From positions 28,830,001-28,894,000 of the forward strand of contig OX597821.1 of the NCBI GenBank assembly GCA_951406725.2: a stretch of 64,000 nt of DNA, given 5' to 3'. Shown piece after piece: positions 27,020 to 40,384 of this stretch. The position numbers and the translations under genes are program-made. Within the stretch, counting starts at the first letter, position 1; each line of letters begins with the position of its first letter. This stretch comes from Octopus vulgaris (taxonomy: Eukaryota). The notes below the pieces were generated by a model, which saw nothing but the letters and a program-made list of their open reading frames with translations, was not told the origin of the DNA and did not search any database.

Positions 27020-27247
27020 GTACATTTTTTTAGAACATTTGTAGAAGTCCAGTTTATGAGACAGAGCATGTTATACGCAGAAAATGCGATATTTGCCTCT
27101 ACCTTGTCGGTACACTTTGATTTGTCATTGATTCAAGTGAAGAACCATTTTCTTTTCAATAATTATTGTTATATATCTCCTCTACTTCGGTCACGTCATT
27201 TAAAAGTTGCTATTAGAACATTCGGACATTAAATATGATTTGGTTTA

Positions 27248-27272
27248 TAGCCCCTTGTGGGTAGTAAAGAAA
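27248..27272 (+). mobile_element. 25-nt 5'-truncated retro-insertion (SINE A / partner LINE 3' terminus)
   Basis: TAGCCCCTTGTGGGTAGTAAAGAAA is a 24/25 match to the family A tail. 18-bp TSD TAAATATGATTTGGTTTA at 27230-27247 and 27273-27290. Confidence 0.85.
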
Positions 27273-28676
27273 TAAATATGATTTGGTTTAATGTTATTAA
27301 TCATAACACTGATCAATGAATGCAGATTTCTTTTATTGTGGAACAGGTGATGGAGGCACATTTGCGGTGTCTTTTTTTAAAAATTCTGTTTAGACGGCCC
27401 TGATATTAACTTCATTTTTCGTACTTTTGGGTACGATAAAATAAAGCGCTAGTCATGTACAGGAGTCAATGTCATTGACAAAGACCCCAAAATTGCTGAC
27501 TTTGTAACACTATTTGAAACTATTATCATCATGATCATGATCATCATCATCATCATCATCATTGAGAAAGCAATATACGCCACGAAATATACGAAGCTCC
27601 ACATACCGTAAGAGTACATCTGGCATATGTATCACTATCATGTGTGCGAGACATAGTGACTTCATATCAACATAAAGAGCAAATGACCTTGCAGGTGGGG
27701 TCACTTAGAATTTTCTTCAGGTCGAGTAGCCCATCCAGCTCAAAATTATATATGGAAAAAGCAAATATTTTTTATATTTTCAAAACATTTTTTAAAAAAA
27801 CGGAAAATGAATTAATTATAATGTTCAATGATGACACTCGTTATCGAGAAAATATTAACGTAGCATTGACTACAGAAAATGACATCACTGCCATGCAAAC
27901 GAAAACAGGCACCGAAGGTAATACAATTTTGTCTGTTAGCAGCTTCAAAACATTAGAGAGTTTGACAAATTTGCAATTCGACAACACACTCGACAATTCC
28001 ATACCATCAACCACGACAACAGCATTAGCAATACCGATACGAGTCTAAAGAAGTAAAGAAAAACAAAGAAAATTTTGTAAGAAACGCGAACACAAATCGC
28101 AGCAGCAACATCATTGCCACCGCCACAGCTTTCGCTGCAACCGCTACGGTTGTACAGCTGAAGAGGGGTATATATGCATAAATAAAAACTAAAATTTTTC
28201 TAACAAACTGTTAGAAAAAATGGGAGACATGTAACACACAACCTTCCATCCGATGTGTTAGAAAACATTTTAAGATGCATTGTTACATGCCGCTGCATCG
28301 GAGCACAGTCGCGCTAGGTGGAAATTAAATTTGTCTTGGTAGCGTGTGGGAACAGAAAACCTACATTAATTGAGGAAAGAAGTTTGGCTCAAACAAAATG
28401 CGATTTGGAGCTGGAGAAGTAGCTATGTTTCATTCTGCAGTGACATAGAGAAATGAAGAACTCTTCTTAATCCCCAGTTATCGTAGTCAACGCCATGTAA
28501 AAGATGGGGTGATAATTGTGCCGCGAGAATTATACATCACCTAAGCTGATGGTGGCCCTCTTCTTATTATTATTATAACCGTGTATATAGGTCTTTATTG
28601 TATATTTGTGTTTTTATAGAGAGGTGATAATTTTGCAGCTTTAATAAGCGCATATTACTCTACACACACGCACATA

Positions 28677-28749
<73 letters not shown>

Positions 28750-28754
28750 ATATA

Positions 28755-28987
28755 TACAAATATGAGAGAGAATCCACTATGTGGACGCTCTTACGCTAGA
28801 GATAGATCCGCAAGGGTTTCAACCTTGCGGATCTATCTCTAGCGTAAGAGTGTCCACATAGTGGATTCTCTCTCATATTTGTGTATTAATAATATTTACT
28901 GAATCTCAGTCTTTTATGCGCTAGACCGCTGGTGTTTAAATTCATGTTATTAAATTAATATCCAATTTTTTCACCCTCATTTTGACT
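28755..28987 (+). mobile_element. fold-back short element related to 17857-18558
   Basis: ~58-bp arms around GCAAGG-GTTTCAA-CCTTGC. The 3' part TTAATATCCAATTTTTTCACCCTCATTTTGA matches the reverse complement of 17859-17890. (TA)n flanks. Confidence 0.75.
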
Positions 28988-29651
28988 TTATATATATATA
29001 TATATTTGCGTATGTGTGATGTGTGTAAGTATTCTGTGCGCTTGAGTAGATCCGAAATGACCGAATGATGAATATATAAACAAGAACACCGGTAGATGTG
29101 ATGACTTGTTGACTTGATCCTAAATACTGCAGGCGGCATCGCACTTCCTCTGAGTGGAACACATTATTTTACATTTTAACATTCTAGAATTCTCCTATGA
29201 CTACGAAATATTCTTTCTTTCTCCAGTAGTGGGCACATATTATCCTTAATAGAGCAATATGCTAACAAGTAAGCCGATTCATCTCACTAATGCGCTTAAC
29301 ACACCTGAATTCTGACCCATGCATCGGTTTTTATGCAACACAGATGCACCTTGGAGACATTATTTTCTGTTTATGTGTGTTCGTGTGTGTCTGCGTGCGT
29401 GACTGAAAAGATTGCGTATGGGAATGTGCGTAGGGGTGTATGAAAAATCATGCCCATTATCTTTTTTTGTTGTTGTTATATATTTCTCTGAGTATTTGTG
29501 CATTTAAGAACCGAAGCATTTCAGTCCATTAATCACCAGCAAGTAAAATCACACCCAGCTCCATTAAATACTGTTAAAATCCTGATCGGAATACATTGGG
29601 ATTTCAATAATTGCTCAAATAAACGTTGAAAAGTTTATATGTGAGCGGTAC

Positions 29652-29810
29652 CAAGTTACCGGCTCAACAGCTACGACTAAAATGAAGGATAGTAGAGTAT
29701 ATAAGTGATCGAAAATATAATCATTTATAAGGCTAGCAAGTTACTGGCTCAACAACTACGGCTAAAATGAACAATGGTAGAGGACATAAATAATCAAGAA
29801 TATAATCATA
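29652..29810. repeat. diverged 2-copy tandem duplication (~85 bp)
   Basis: CAAGTTACCGGCTCAACAGCTACGACTAAAATGAA...AATATAATCAT repeated as CAAGTTACTGGCTCAACAACTACGGCTAAAATGAA...AATATAATCAT. Confidence 0.75.
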
Positions 29811-29984
29811 CAATTTTACTATTGATACGTGCACTGTAATAGATAGAGACGGCAAAGTCTTACTGTCTGATTTACTATAGTCTCAAGATATTTCGCTATA
29901 ATTCTTATTCACTGCATACGCGACAGAATCCGGGAAATCAAACTTGTAAGACAATAATTCGGTATTTTCGATACTTTTTTTAAA

Positions 29985-30720
29985 ACATATATGTGGTCTG
30001 GCATTGCCTTGCAATACAATAGGTGTGGATCTGTTGATTAATCTAGGCTGGGGTTTTTTTGTAAGTTTCTGCTTCATTTGGTCCAGTTGGCTGCAGTATA
30101 CTTCGGCCGTGACTGATGAGCCAGGTTTAATGAAATCATAATGGATCACACCTACGCCAGACCACCAAACATACACCATGCGCTTCTTTTGATGAATGTT
30201 GCTTTTTGGACTGTGGTTTGTTGGCTTGTCTTTGTCCAATCATTGCACTGAACGTTTACGGTTGTTGTGATGGATCCATTTCTCATCACATGTTACAATC
30301 CGATTCAAAACTGATTCGTTTTTGTGACGACAAAGTAGCATAATGCAGGCTTCCAATCGTTGCTGTTTCTGATTATCATTGAGTTCATGTGGAATTCACT
30401 TATCCAACTTTTTTCACTTTACCGATTTGAACTAGGTGAGTCAATATTGTTTGCTTGCTAACATCCCACAACAACGGTAATTCACGAGCACATTGAGATG
30501 GACCAGACTCGACGGTGGCTTTCAGTTCGTCATTATCCACCTTTGTTTCTGGTCGACCGCGTTGTTCATTTGTGAGGACAAATTTACCAGAAGGAAATTT
30601 TGCAAACCAATTTGATATGGTCCCCTGTGTAATAGCATTAGAATGAACTACTCCATTAATTTTCCGAGCAGTCTGTGATGCAGTTTTCCAAGAAAGTACT
30701 CATATTTCAAAACAACGAAT
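29985..30720 (-). pseudogene. mariner transposase fragment
   Basis: IVTCDEKWIHHNN, MVYVWWSGVGVIHYDFIKPG, LQGNARPH. The 5' end is cut at the (TA)n next to the PLE palindrome. Confidence 0.85.
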
Positions 30721-30875
30721 TATATATATATATATATATATATTAATAAAAAGAATTCCAACCTTGTCTGATTTTCACGTTTTATTTACAATCTTATAAT
30801 GATATATTATAAGATAATATATTATAATTGAATAAAATAAAATGAAATAGTAGAATGTTAAATATTCATTCTGAT

Positions 30876-30920
30876 TGAACTAGTACTTTCATGCATTGAA
30901 TTCTGCAATCTTCGGGTTCA
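30876..30920 (-). ncRNA. minimal hammerhead ribozyme (mirror copy)
   Basis: Reverse complement of 34840-34884. Confidence 0.65.
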
Positions 30921-31414
30921 TGTAGTAGTGTTGACAGTCATGCTTCACAATTTTTGACTGTAGCAAGATGAGTGATTCTGTGCTATAAATACAGCTGGGT
31001 AGGCTCCAGAGTGCTAGGTTTTGCAAACTGTATTCTGACCAATCAGTGTGTAGTATCACCAATTACTTAAGCTGATTGGTTGGTTGAGCTGATTGGTTTA
31101 GGCATCACGCTTTGTTGGACAGGTCAAGAGTCCTGTATCTTGACCCTGGCCGAAGCAGCAATTGTTGGGTTATTTTTAGAAATGTTGTAAATATCCTTTG
31201 TCAGAGATTTTTATATTTTTATATTTCAATTGTCATCATCATCATTGTCAGCACCTTAATTATTGTTGCTAGTGGTGATGGTGGTGGCAATAGAACTTTT
31301 AACCCTAAATAAGATAATTTTCCTGCTATCTTCGTCTTGATCACCTTTAGTATTGTTGTTGTTGTTAGTGGTCATGGTCGTAGCAGTGGAAGTAATACCT
31401 CTAAGTATTATTAT

Positions 31415-32519
31415 TATTGCTTATTTAGCTTGGGTTCGAATTTATCAATAAAATTCTTTTCTCTGATTTTCCTCTCGATTTCACTTGGGCTGTGTAATTT
31501 GTAGAATGGAAATATTATATATATTTTCCGACCACATGTTGCTAGGTGGTTACTCAAAGGTATCTGACGGACCTCTGGGTCTCTAATCTGTTGCCGGTGT
31601 ACACGTGAGCGTTCTAATAGTGCGTTTCCCGTCTGACCTACATATATTTCTTCACAATTTGGGCATTTGATGGCAGTAAATTAAATTTCTGCTTTTGCAG
31701 TTCATATTCGCGTTTGTGAATATTTTCCCGGTTTTTGTGTTTATATATTGACCGGTATGTATGAATTGGCATGTGCCACATCGGCTATCATTGCATTTAG
31801 ATACCGTGAATGTTTGGTCTTTGTTGCTGAGGTCAAATTTTGCCTTTGTTAGTAATGTTTTCAAGTTTTTAGGCTGTCTTTTACTAAGCACCATAGCTCG
31901 ATCCTTGATTATGTCTTTTAATTCATTACTTTGGGCAATGATTGGAAGGTTTGCTTTGGCAATGTTGAAGATATTCTGGTGACATGGGTTGTGTGTCACT
32001 ATGAATGGTATGACTTGTTCTTGTTTTCCTCTTCCTTGGGTTGTCCTAAGTTGTTGTATAGGTATTTTTATAGCCCGCTGTATGCCATTTTCTATAAGTA
32101 GAGATGGGTATTTTTGTTTGAGCAAAAATTTCTTAGTTCTATTAGGCGTTTGTTCCTGATATTTGCATCTTCTACAATAGTACAAATTCTTCTGGCTAGG
32201 CAGTATGGGATGTTACGTTTTGTATGTGGTGGATGGCACGACTTAAAATTTAGGTATTGATGTGTGTCTGTGTGTTTATAGTATATATCTGTGGTGATGG
32301 TGGTGTCTTTTTTAATTACCATTATATCCAGGAATGGTAATTTGGTACTACTCATCTCCTTTGTAAATTTGAGAGATGGGTGTAGGTTGTTCAGGAGGAT
32401 ATTGAACTCTTCCAGAGTATTTAGAGATTCTGTCCAGATTATGAAACAGTCGTCTAGGTATCTCTTCCATGCCTTTTCAATATACTTTCTAAATCCAGTG
32501 CCATAGTTTACCTCCACCT
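31415..32519 (-). pseudogene. inverted 5'-truncated copy of the PLE ORF with indels
   Basis: ORFs 32092-32607 and 31652-32185 reproduce the same protein, with frameshifts near 32130 and 31670. Confidence 0.9.
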
Positions 32520-32869
32520 GATGAATTTTGCGTTTTGGTTGTGGTACTTTACTTGGTTTCGTTATGTTTTCTGTCTTGTTTTTGGTATTATGTATGCTAC
32601 TTTTCAATTTCTTGTTAGCCTACCACAACCTCCTTGGATGTCAGAAATAAACGAAAGAAATCTGGAAAAAGAGGCACACCGAAAAAGAGAAGAGATACAG
32701 AAGACATGGAAAAAACTCCTTAACATAAGAAAACAAAACTTCTGGAAGGCATATAAATGCGAAAAATATGCTGAAATACATTCGAAATGGATATCTTTAG
32801 CGGCACCCATACTTCCTCGGAAGTACCTAATTAAAGAAATTAGGTCTAAGCAATTTTATTGACATTGTT

Positions 32870-34345
32870 TTGAAACCACTATGTACTTACATACCAAGTT
32901 TCATCAGGGATGACATCGACTTCCTGTCCCATCTTCCCAAAACAACAGAAACAAATTCAGTTTTGCTAAGTTTTGATGTGGTAAGCTTCTACACCAATAT
33001 TCCACACGATTTAGGAATAAAGGCGATTAAATACTGGTTAGAAAAACATAGAGAAGTGATTCCCAGCAGATTCACAGTGCCATTTATATTAGACACAGTC
33101 AAACTTATTCTAGAAAATAACACATTCTTCTTCAATGGAAAGAATTACATCCAAATTAGAGGCACGGCGATGGGAACGAGGTTTGCTCCCGTTTACGCCA
33201 ACTCTGTAATGGGATACTTAGAAGAACAACTCTACCAAGAGGTGGAGGTAAACTATGGCACTGGATTTAGAAAGTATATTGAAAAGGCATGGAAGAGATA
33301 CCTAGACGACTGTTTCATAATCTGGACAGAATCTCTAAATACTCTGGAAGAGTTCAATATCCTCCTGAACAACCTACACCCATCTCTCAAATTTACAAAG
33401 GAGATGAGTAGTACCAAATTACCATTCCTGGATATAATGGTAATTAAAAAAGACACCACCATCACCACAGATATATACTATAAACACACAGACACACATC
33501 AATACCTAAATTTTAAGTCGTGCCATCCACCACATACAAAACGTAACATCCCATACTGCCTAGCCAGAAGAATTTGTACTATTGTAGAAGATGCAAATAT
33601 CAGGAACAAACGCCTAATAGAACTAAGAGAATTTTTGCTCAAACAAAAATACCCATCTCTACTTATAGAAAATGGCATACAGCGGGCTATAAAAATACCT
33701 ATACAACAACTTAGGACAACCCAAGGAAGAGGAAAACAAGAACAAGTCATACCATTCATAGTGACACACAACCCATGTCACCAGAATATCTTCAACATTG
33801 CCAAAGCAAACCTTCCAATCATTGCCCAAAGTAATGAATTAAAAGACATAATCAAGGATCGAGCTATGGTGCTTAGTAAAAGACAGCCTAAAAACTTGAA
33901 AACATTACTAACAAAGGCAAAATTTGACCTCAGCAACAAAGACCAAACATTCACGGTATCTAAATGCAATGATAGCCGATGTGGCACATGCCAATTCATA
34001 CATACCGGTCAATATATAAACACAAAAACCGGGAAAATATTCACAAACGCGAATATGAACTGCAAAAGCAGAAATTTAATTTACTGCATCAAATGCCCAA
34101 ATTGTGAAGAAATATATGTAGGTCAGACGGGAAACGCACTATTAGAACGCTCACGTGTACACCGGCAACAGATTAGAGACCCAGAGGTCCGTCAGATACC
34201 TTTGAGTAACCACCTAGCAACATGTGGTCGGAAAATATATATAATATTTCCATTCTACAAATTACACAGCCCAAGTGAAATCGAGAGGAAAATCAGAGAA
34301 AAGAATTTTATTGATAAATTCGAACCCAAGCTAAATAAGCAATAA
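32870..34345 (+). CDS. PLE reverse transcriptase + GIY-YIG endonuclease (N-terminally truncated, 491 aa open)
   Basis: SFDVVSFYTNIPH, QIRGTAMGTRFAPVYAN, RYLDDCF, LPFLDI, YLNFKSCHP. Cys linker KCNDSRCGTC...NCKSRNLIYCIKCPNC. YVGQTG..L.ER...HR endonuclease. Confidence 0.92.
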   Translation: MKPLCTYIPSFIRDDIDFLSHLPKTTETNSVLLSFDVVSFYTNIPHDLGIKAIKYWLEKHREVIPSRFTVPFILDTVKLILENNTFFFNGKNYIQIRGTAMGTRFAPVYANSVMGYLEEQLYQEVEVNYGTGFRKYIEKAWKRYLDDCFIIWTESLNTLEEFNILLNNLHPSLKFTKEMSSTKLPFLDIMVIKKDTTITTDIYYKHTDTHQYLNFKSCHPPHTKRNIPYCLARRICTIVEDANIRNKRLIELREFLLKQKYPSLLIENGIQRAIKIPIQQLRTTQGRGKQEQVIPFIVTHNPCHQNIFNIAKANLPIIAQSNELKDIIKDRAMVLSKRQPKNLKTLLTKAKFDLSNKDQTFTVSKCNDSRCGTCQFIHTGQYINTKTGKIFTNANMNCKSRNLIYCIKCPNCEEIYVGQTGNALLERSRVHRQQIRDPEVRQIPLSNHLATCGRKIYIIFPFYKLHSPSEIERKIREKNFIDKFEPKLNKQ

Positions 34346-34660
34346 TAATAATACTTAGAGGTATTACTTCCACTGCTACGACCATGACCACTAACAACAA
34401 CAACAATACTAAAGGTGATCAAGACGAAGATAGCAGGAAAATTATCTTATTTAGGGTTAAAAGTTCTATTGCCACCACCATCACCACTAGCAACAATAAT
34501 TAAGGTGCTGACAATGATGATGATGACAATTGAAATATAAAAATATAAAAATCTCTGACAAAGGATATTTACAACATTTCTAAAAATAACCCAACAATTG
34601 CTGCTTCGGCCAGGGTCAAGATACAGGACTCTTGACCTGTCCAACAAAGCGTGATGCCTA

Positions 34661-34776
34661 AACCAATCAGCTCAACCAACCAATCAGCTTAAGTAATTGA
34701 GTGATACTACACACTGATTGGTCAGAATACAGTTTGCAAAACCTAGCACTCTGGAGCCTACCCAGCTGTATTTATA
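34661..34776 (+). promoter_or_regulatory. putative PLE pLTR promoter (CCAAT boxes + TATA-like)
   Basis: AACCAATCAG twice (34661, 34678), CTGATTGG (34714-34721), TATTTATA (34769-34776), ~65 nt upstream of the HHR. Confidence 0.4.
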
Positions 34777-34839
34777 GCACAGAATCACTCATCTTGCTAC
34801 AGTCAAAAATTGTGAAGCATGACTGTCAACACTACTACA

Positions 34840-34884
34840 TGAACCCGAAGATTGCAGAATTCAATGCATGAAAGTACTAGTTCA
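34840..34884 (+). ncRNA. minimal type I hammerhead ribozyme (U4C variant, palindromic stem III)
   Basis: TGAAC-CCGAAGA-TTGCAGAATTCAATGCAT-GAA-AGTACT-A-GTTCA: stem I TGAAC/GTTCA, stem II TGCA/TGCA, AGTACT palindrome. Confidence 0.65.
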
Positions 34885-35046
34885 ATCAGAATGAATATTT
34901 AACATTCTACTATTTCATTTTATTTTATTCAATTATAATATATTATCTTATAATATATCATTATAAGATTGTAAATAAAACGTGAAAATCAGACAAGGTT
35001 GGAATTCTTTTTATTAATATATTCTTCTATACACAATCACACACAC

Positions 35047-35125
<79 letters not shown>

Positions 35126-35752
35126 TGTCTGTCTGTGTGTGTGTGTGTGTATGTGTGTGTGTGCGTGTGTGTGCATGCACGTGTTTGTGTGTTATTTAAT
35201 AAACACACTATATCATTTTATGTGCTACCATTAGTTTAATGTGCTTAGAACATGCCAAATACTGTTTTCAACACGTCTGGTACCCTAGCGTAATTATCAG
35301 ACCCTGTTACATGTCATAATGAACTAAAAATGGAACGACAGAAAAGGCGAGCAAGTGCAAGAAGGAAATATATATAAAAGATAGAAGGTTGAAAAACAGG
35401 AAAACGTATAAGAATGCTTTCTTATAAGAAGCAAAAGGGGGAATTGGAGTTGTTCCCCTTAGACCGAAATTTATAAGGCTTGAAAGATAGTGGCTTAGTG
35501 TCAATGGAGAGGGGAGCACTTTCTAATTCTACGGTAACTTAGTCATATGCTTACAAGCACTGAAGATTTCGGATCTACAGTTCAGCAGGGGTTAGACGTC
35601 TTAGATTTGAAAGGTATCTGAGTTCTTTCAAGAAAGCATAGTTTGTATTTGATCCGTTAACACCCAGTGTAGAATTTTCGATTATTTTCCAATTTATCGT
35701 ATATGGTGTGGTGTTTCATTTCAAACTTCATGCATGGCTAGCCAGCATGTGG

Positions 35753-35796
<44 letters not shown>

Positions 35797-35798
<2 letters not shown>

Positions 35799-36137
35799 TG
35801 AGACCACTTTCAGTCATGACACTAACCATGGGATTGCACCTAGAAAGTCATCCGCCCAGGCACAAGTCCGGGCAAGTTTGTTCATGGAAGGCCAGCAGTC
35901 GCCCAAGCTAACCGGCCTCCCCTCTCCACGCAACCAGTGTTATCAAAGGGAAAGGCAAAGGCCGATACAGCTTGGCACCTGTGACGTCGCAACTCATTTC
36001 TACAGCTGAGTGAACTGGAGCAACGTGAAATAAAGTGTCTTGCTCAGGAACACAAAACGCAGCGCGGTCCGGGATTCGAATTCACAACCTCACGATCGTG
36101 TGCTCGACGCTCTAATCCCTGAGCCATGCACCTTCAC
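35797..36137 (-). mobile_element. tRNA-derived SINE (C-related head, third tail type)
   Basis: Minus strand GTGAAGGTGCATGGCTCAGGGATTAGAGCG...GAATTCGAATCCC, core CCTGAGCAAGACACTTTATTTCACGTTGCTCCAGTTCACTCAGCTG. Confidence 0.8.
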
Positions 36138-36159
36138 AATATATATATATATATATATA

Positions 36160-36317
36160 CGTTTATATATTTGTTGTGCAAGATTTTTTATGCGAAATCG
36201 TGTGTTGAAACAGGTATTGTTGTATTTCGGAATGGTCATTTTGACAGTTTAGCCAATAAAATATATAGTGCGTGAGTTTTTATTGGCTAAACTGGCAAAA
36301 TGACCATTCCGAAATAC

Positions 36318-36320
<3 letters not shown>
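36160..36320. repeat. short fold-back element in (TA)n
   Basis: GTATTTCGGAATGGTCATTTTGACAGTTTAGCCAATAAAA (36221-36260) inverted at 36278-36317. Confidence 0.7.
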
Positions 36321-36345
<25 letters not shown>

Positions 36346-36350
<5 letters not shown>

Positions 36351-36714
36351 AAATAAGAAAATGGAGAAATACACCTTAATCAATAATCAACTACCAAATA
36401 ATACCCAATCACATAATTTATTAACCCATATGAACATCAAGGTCACCTTGATGTTCATATGTAGTGGATTAATAAATTATTTTATAGGGTATTATTTGGT
36501 AGTTGATTATTGATTAAGGTGTATTTCTCCATTTTCTTATTTTGTATTATTAATTTGTGGTAAAACATTTTACCTTCGCCCATATAATACAATAACTGAA
36601 TTAATTACATCGCAATTCTTAACATTTATGCATTAACTTTGTTGGGTGCTTTACTGGAAGTATATTGGATATATATTATCCCATGGTGGGTTGCACTCAC
36701 AAGCCCTATCTCAA

Positions 36715-36718
<4 letters not shown>
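36346..36718. mobile_element. fold-back element in (TA)n (~95-bp arms plus unique extension)
   Basis: ATACAAAATAAGAAAATGGAGAAATACACC... mirrored to ~36547, centred on CATATGAACATCAAGG-TCA-CCTTGATGTTCATATG. Confidence 0.7.
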
Positions 36719-36787
<69 letters not shown>

Positions 36788-36810
36788 ATATATATATATA
36801 TGTATACCTT

Positions 36811-36867
<57 letters not shown>

Positions 36868-37016
36868 TAAATTAGAGATAAAACCACTATTAGGCAAATC
36901 AAACAGTGAAAAACATAAACCAAAACAGAAATAAAATTAATATAATATACAAAATATACAAAATATAAAATTCAAAATTTAAATCATTTAAATTTAAAGT
37001 TTCAAATTTTAAATTA

Positions 37017-37139
<123 letters not shown>

Positions 37140-37182
37140 AAAATGTATATATATTTGTATATATGTATATAAATATATATGA

Positions 37183-37696
<514 letters not shown>

Positions 37697-38087
37697 TAGT
37701 CCGTTATGCCATGTAGCAGTGTCTTACTGTGGTGCCAGGACACCAGAGGTGTTATGAATTACTGTTTAGCATTTTCTGAGCGCATGAAGCTAATAGTAGC
37801 ATATAAAAACATATATAATGTGTCTATTACATGATATATGTCCCTCACCTGTTAGAGTACATTTTTGTTGATCTTACCATCACGGAACAGTACATTATAT
37901 ATGTACTATTTACTATTTATTGTTTATGCACTCTATTGATTTTTAGAATAATGTTTTCTATAGTATATTTAACTTTTTCTATATGGTGTGAATAACGTCT
38001 ATTGCTACTGAATTGTTTAATAGTGATTTCTCTCTAAATTTTATACACACACACACACACACATACATACATACATACATACATACA

Positions 38088-38123
<36 letters not shown>

Positions 38124-38164
38124 CATATATATATATATATGTATATATGTATATATATGTATAT

Positions 38165-38211
<47 letters not shown>

Positions 38212-38213
38212 TG

Positions 38214-38262
<49 letters not shown>

Positions 38263-38413
38263 AAGCACGATTTATTCGTGTTCGGAGTTGTTCGAAAACC
38301 GAGGTACGACTGTAAATATATATATTTATTACGTATTTATTACGATTGCTATTTTGCAGTAAACATTGGTGTCTTATTGTACCATATATCTACTTATATA
38401 TATATATATATAT

Positions 38414-38607
38414 AGTTAACCCAAACATGAAAACACAACAACGCGCGGACGTGGAACAAGTATAGTGTTATTGGACGCTCAGGAAAGGAAAGAAAGTAGG
38501 AGGATTTAACGTTTCGAGCGGAGCTCTTCGTCAGAAACATGGGAAAAGGAAGGATCCAAGGAAAGGAAGACGAAGGGGAAAAATCGCCAACGATACACAC
38601 GCGGTCA
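38414..38607 (-). mobile_element. short element with minimal HHR
   Basis: Minus strand TTT-CTGACGA-A-GAGCTCCGCTC-GAAACGTT-AAA at 38505-38537. The 3' end abuts (TA)n. Confidence 0.65.
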
Positions 38608-39104
38608 ATCCAAAATGCTTTTCAACACAATATTTATGTGCTGTTATCTATAATTGACATGCACTTCAAAACCCAATCTACATCACATGAGAAATACATA
38701 CTGATACACACACACACAAACACACACACACGCACACAGAGGCACGCACGCGTACACACGCACACATAAGTGCGCACGGAATCGCACGTGTATGTGTGTC
38801 TGTATTTATGTGTTCGCTTGACCACTACTGGAATTTATGATAGTACATTTATATGACTTAATATTACTGCTCGACAAGAAGCAGGAAAATAAATGCAGAA
38901 CTGAAAAAAAAACAGATACAGGAGACAATATATTAAATTCCTTGTAGGAGATACTCCTACATAAAAAAAATCTAGCGAAGAACAGAAGAAATCAAGTGTG
39001 CTTGTGTGCCCATATATGTATACAAATATAAGATTTGTATAAAAACAGACACTTAGACGGATGCGAGGACGAACAGACAGATAGATAGGCAGATAGAGAC
39101 TCAA

Positions 39105-39481
<377 letters not shown>

Positions 39482-40302
39482 AGTTTCTTTATTGGCCACA
39501 CAGGGCTGCACACAGATGGGACAAGTTACAAGGTAGAGCTTTTCTTTTGGGGGATGAAAAAAACAAAAAAACAAAAGAAACAAAAAAAGGGGGCGGCGTG
39601 GCGTAGGTAAAGGGGAAGAAAAGAACAAAAAAATAAAGAAAAATAAAAAAAGTAAAAAAAGAAAAGGAAAAGGAACAAAAGAAAAGAGAAATGAAAAAAG
39701 AAGAAAAAAAGGGGAGAAAAGGGGAAGAGGAAAAAAAACGATCAATAGGGATCGTGTATCACAATGTTATGATATATGTTGTAAAGGGGGAAGCAAGTAA
39801 GGTTTATCCGTGGGAAGAAAAGCCTACGAAAAAGACCACGGTTACCTTGGTCAATATTGTTATATGTTGCCACATTTGTTCGCAAGTGGGTAACCCTCTG
39901 TTTTCAATTTCTGCGTTCATAGGATTATGCTCAAGGTGGCTTCGTCATTCATACGTGCCATCTTTGCTACATTCGCCCATCTTTTTTTAAAACATTCGCT
40001 AGACAAAACTTGCCTCTCTACTCTCACTTTCCTTTTCAAGTGGTACGTGAAGAAGTTGATGAGAGATTGACCAGAGAGGAAAGTGTTTGTCTCCAATCCT
40101 TTCAGACGCGTCCACCAGATACATTCTTTCGCCATAGCCACAAGGATGATGAAAATAGCTCTTCCTTCCCGTTTGAAGGAAGGAGGCGTGACAATATTGA
40201 CGATAGACTCAGCTGATAAACCGACTCGTCCCACACGTGACAGCAGTTGTTCGACACAAGCCCACAGGTCGGAAATTGCGTGCAGAACGGTTTCGTCGCT
40301 CT
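39482..40302 (-). mobile_element. 5'-truncated Tx1/L1-clade LINE (ORF2 C-terminus + 3' UTR)
   Basis: SDETVLHA..LW zinc-knuckle remnant, then ...AKECIWWTR...KKRW (ORF 39917-40234). T-rich UTR ending GCCCTGTGTGGCCAATAAAGAAACT. (GATA)n on both sides. Confidence 0.8.

Positions 40303-40384
<82 letters not shown>

Larger units (their letters stand above)
30740..35020. mobile_element. Neptune-like Penelope element as a tail-out inverted repeat (~1.78-kb arms)
   Basis: 30740-32519 is the reverse complement of 33240-35020. Spacer 32520-33239. (TA)n on the left flank and a TATA remnant on the right. Confidence 0.9.

Noticed and set aside
27644-28048. 134-aa ORF as a host exon
   Set aside because: No recognisable domain and no convincing splice context; cannot be supported without RNA data.
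32870-34345. Telomerase or Naiad-type (selenoprotein) PLE
   Set aside because: The GIY-YIG domain is C-terminal with a Cys-rich linker and there is no in-frame TGA, which fits a Neptune-like PLE.
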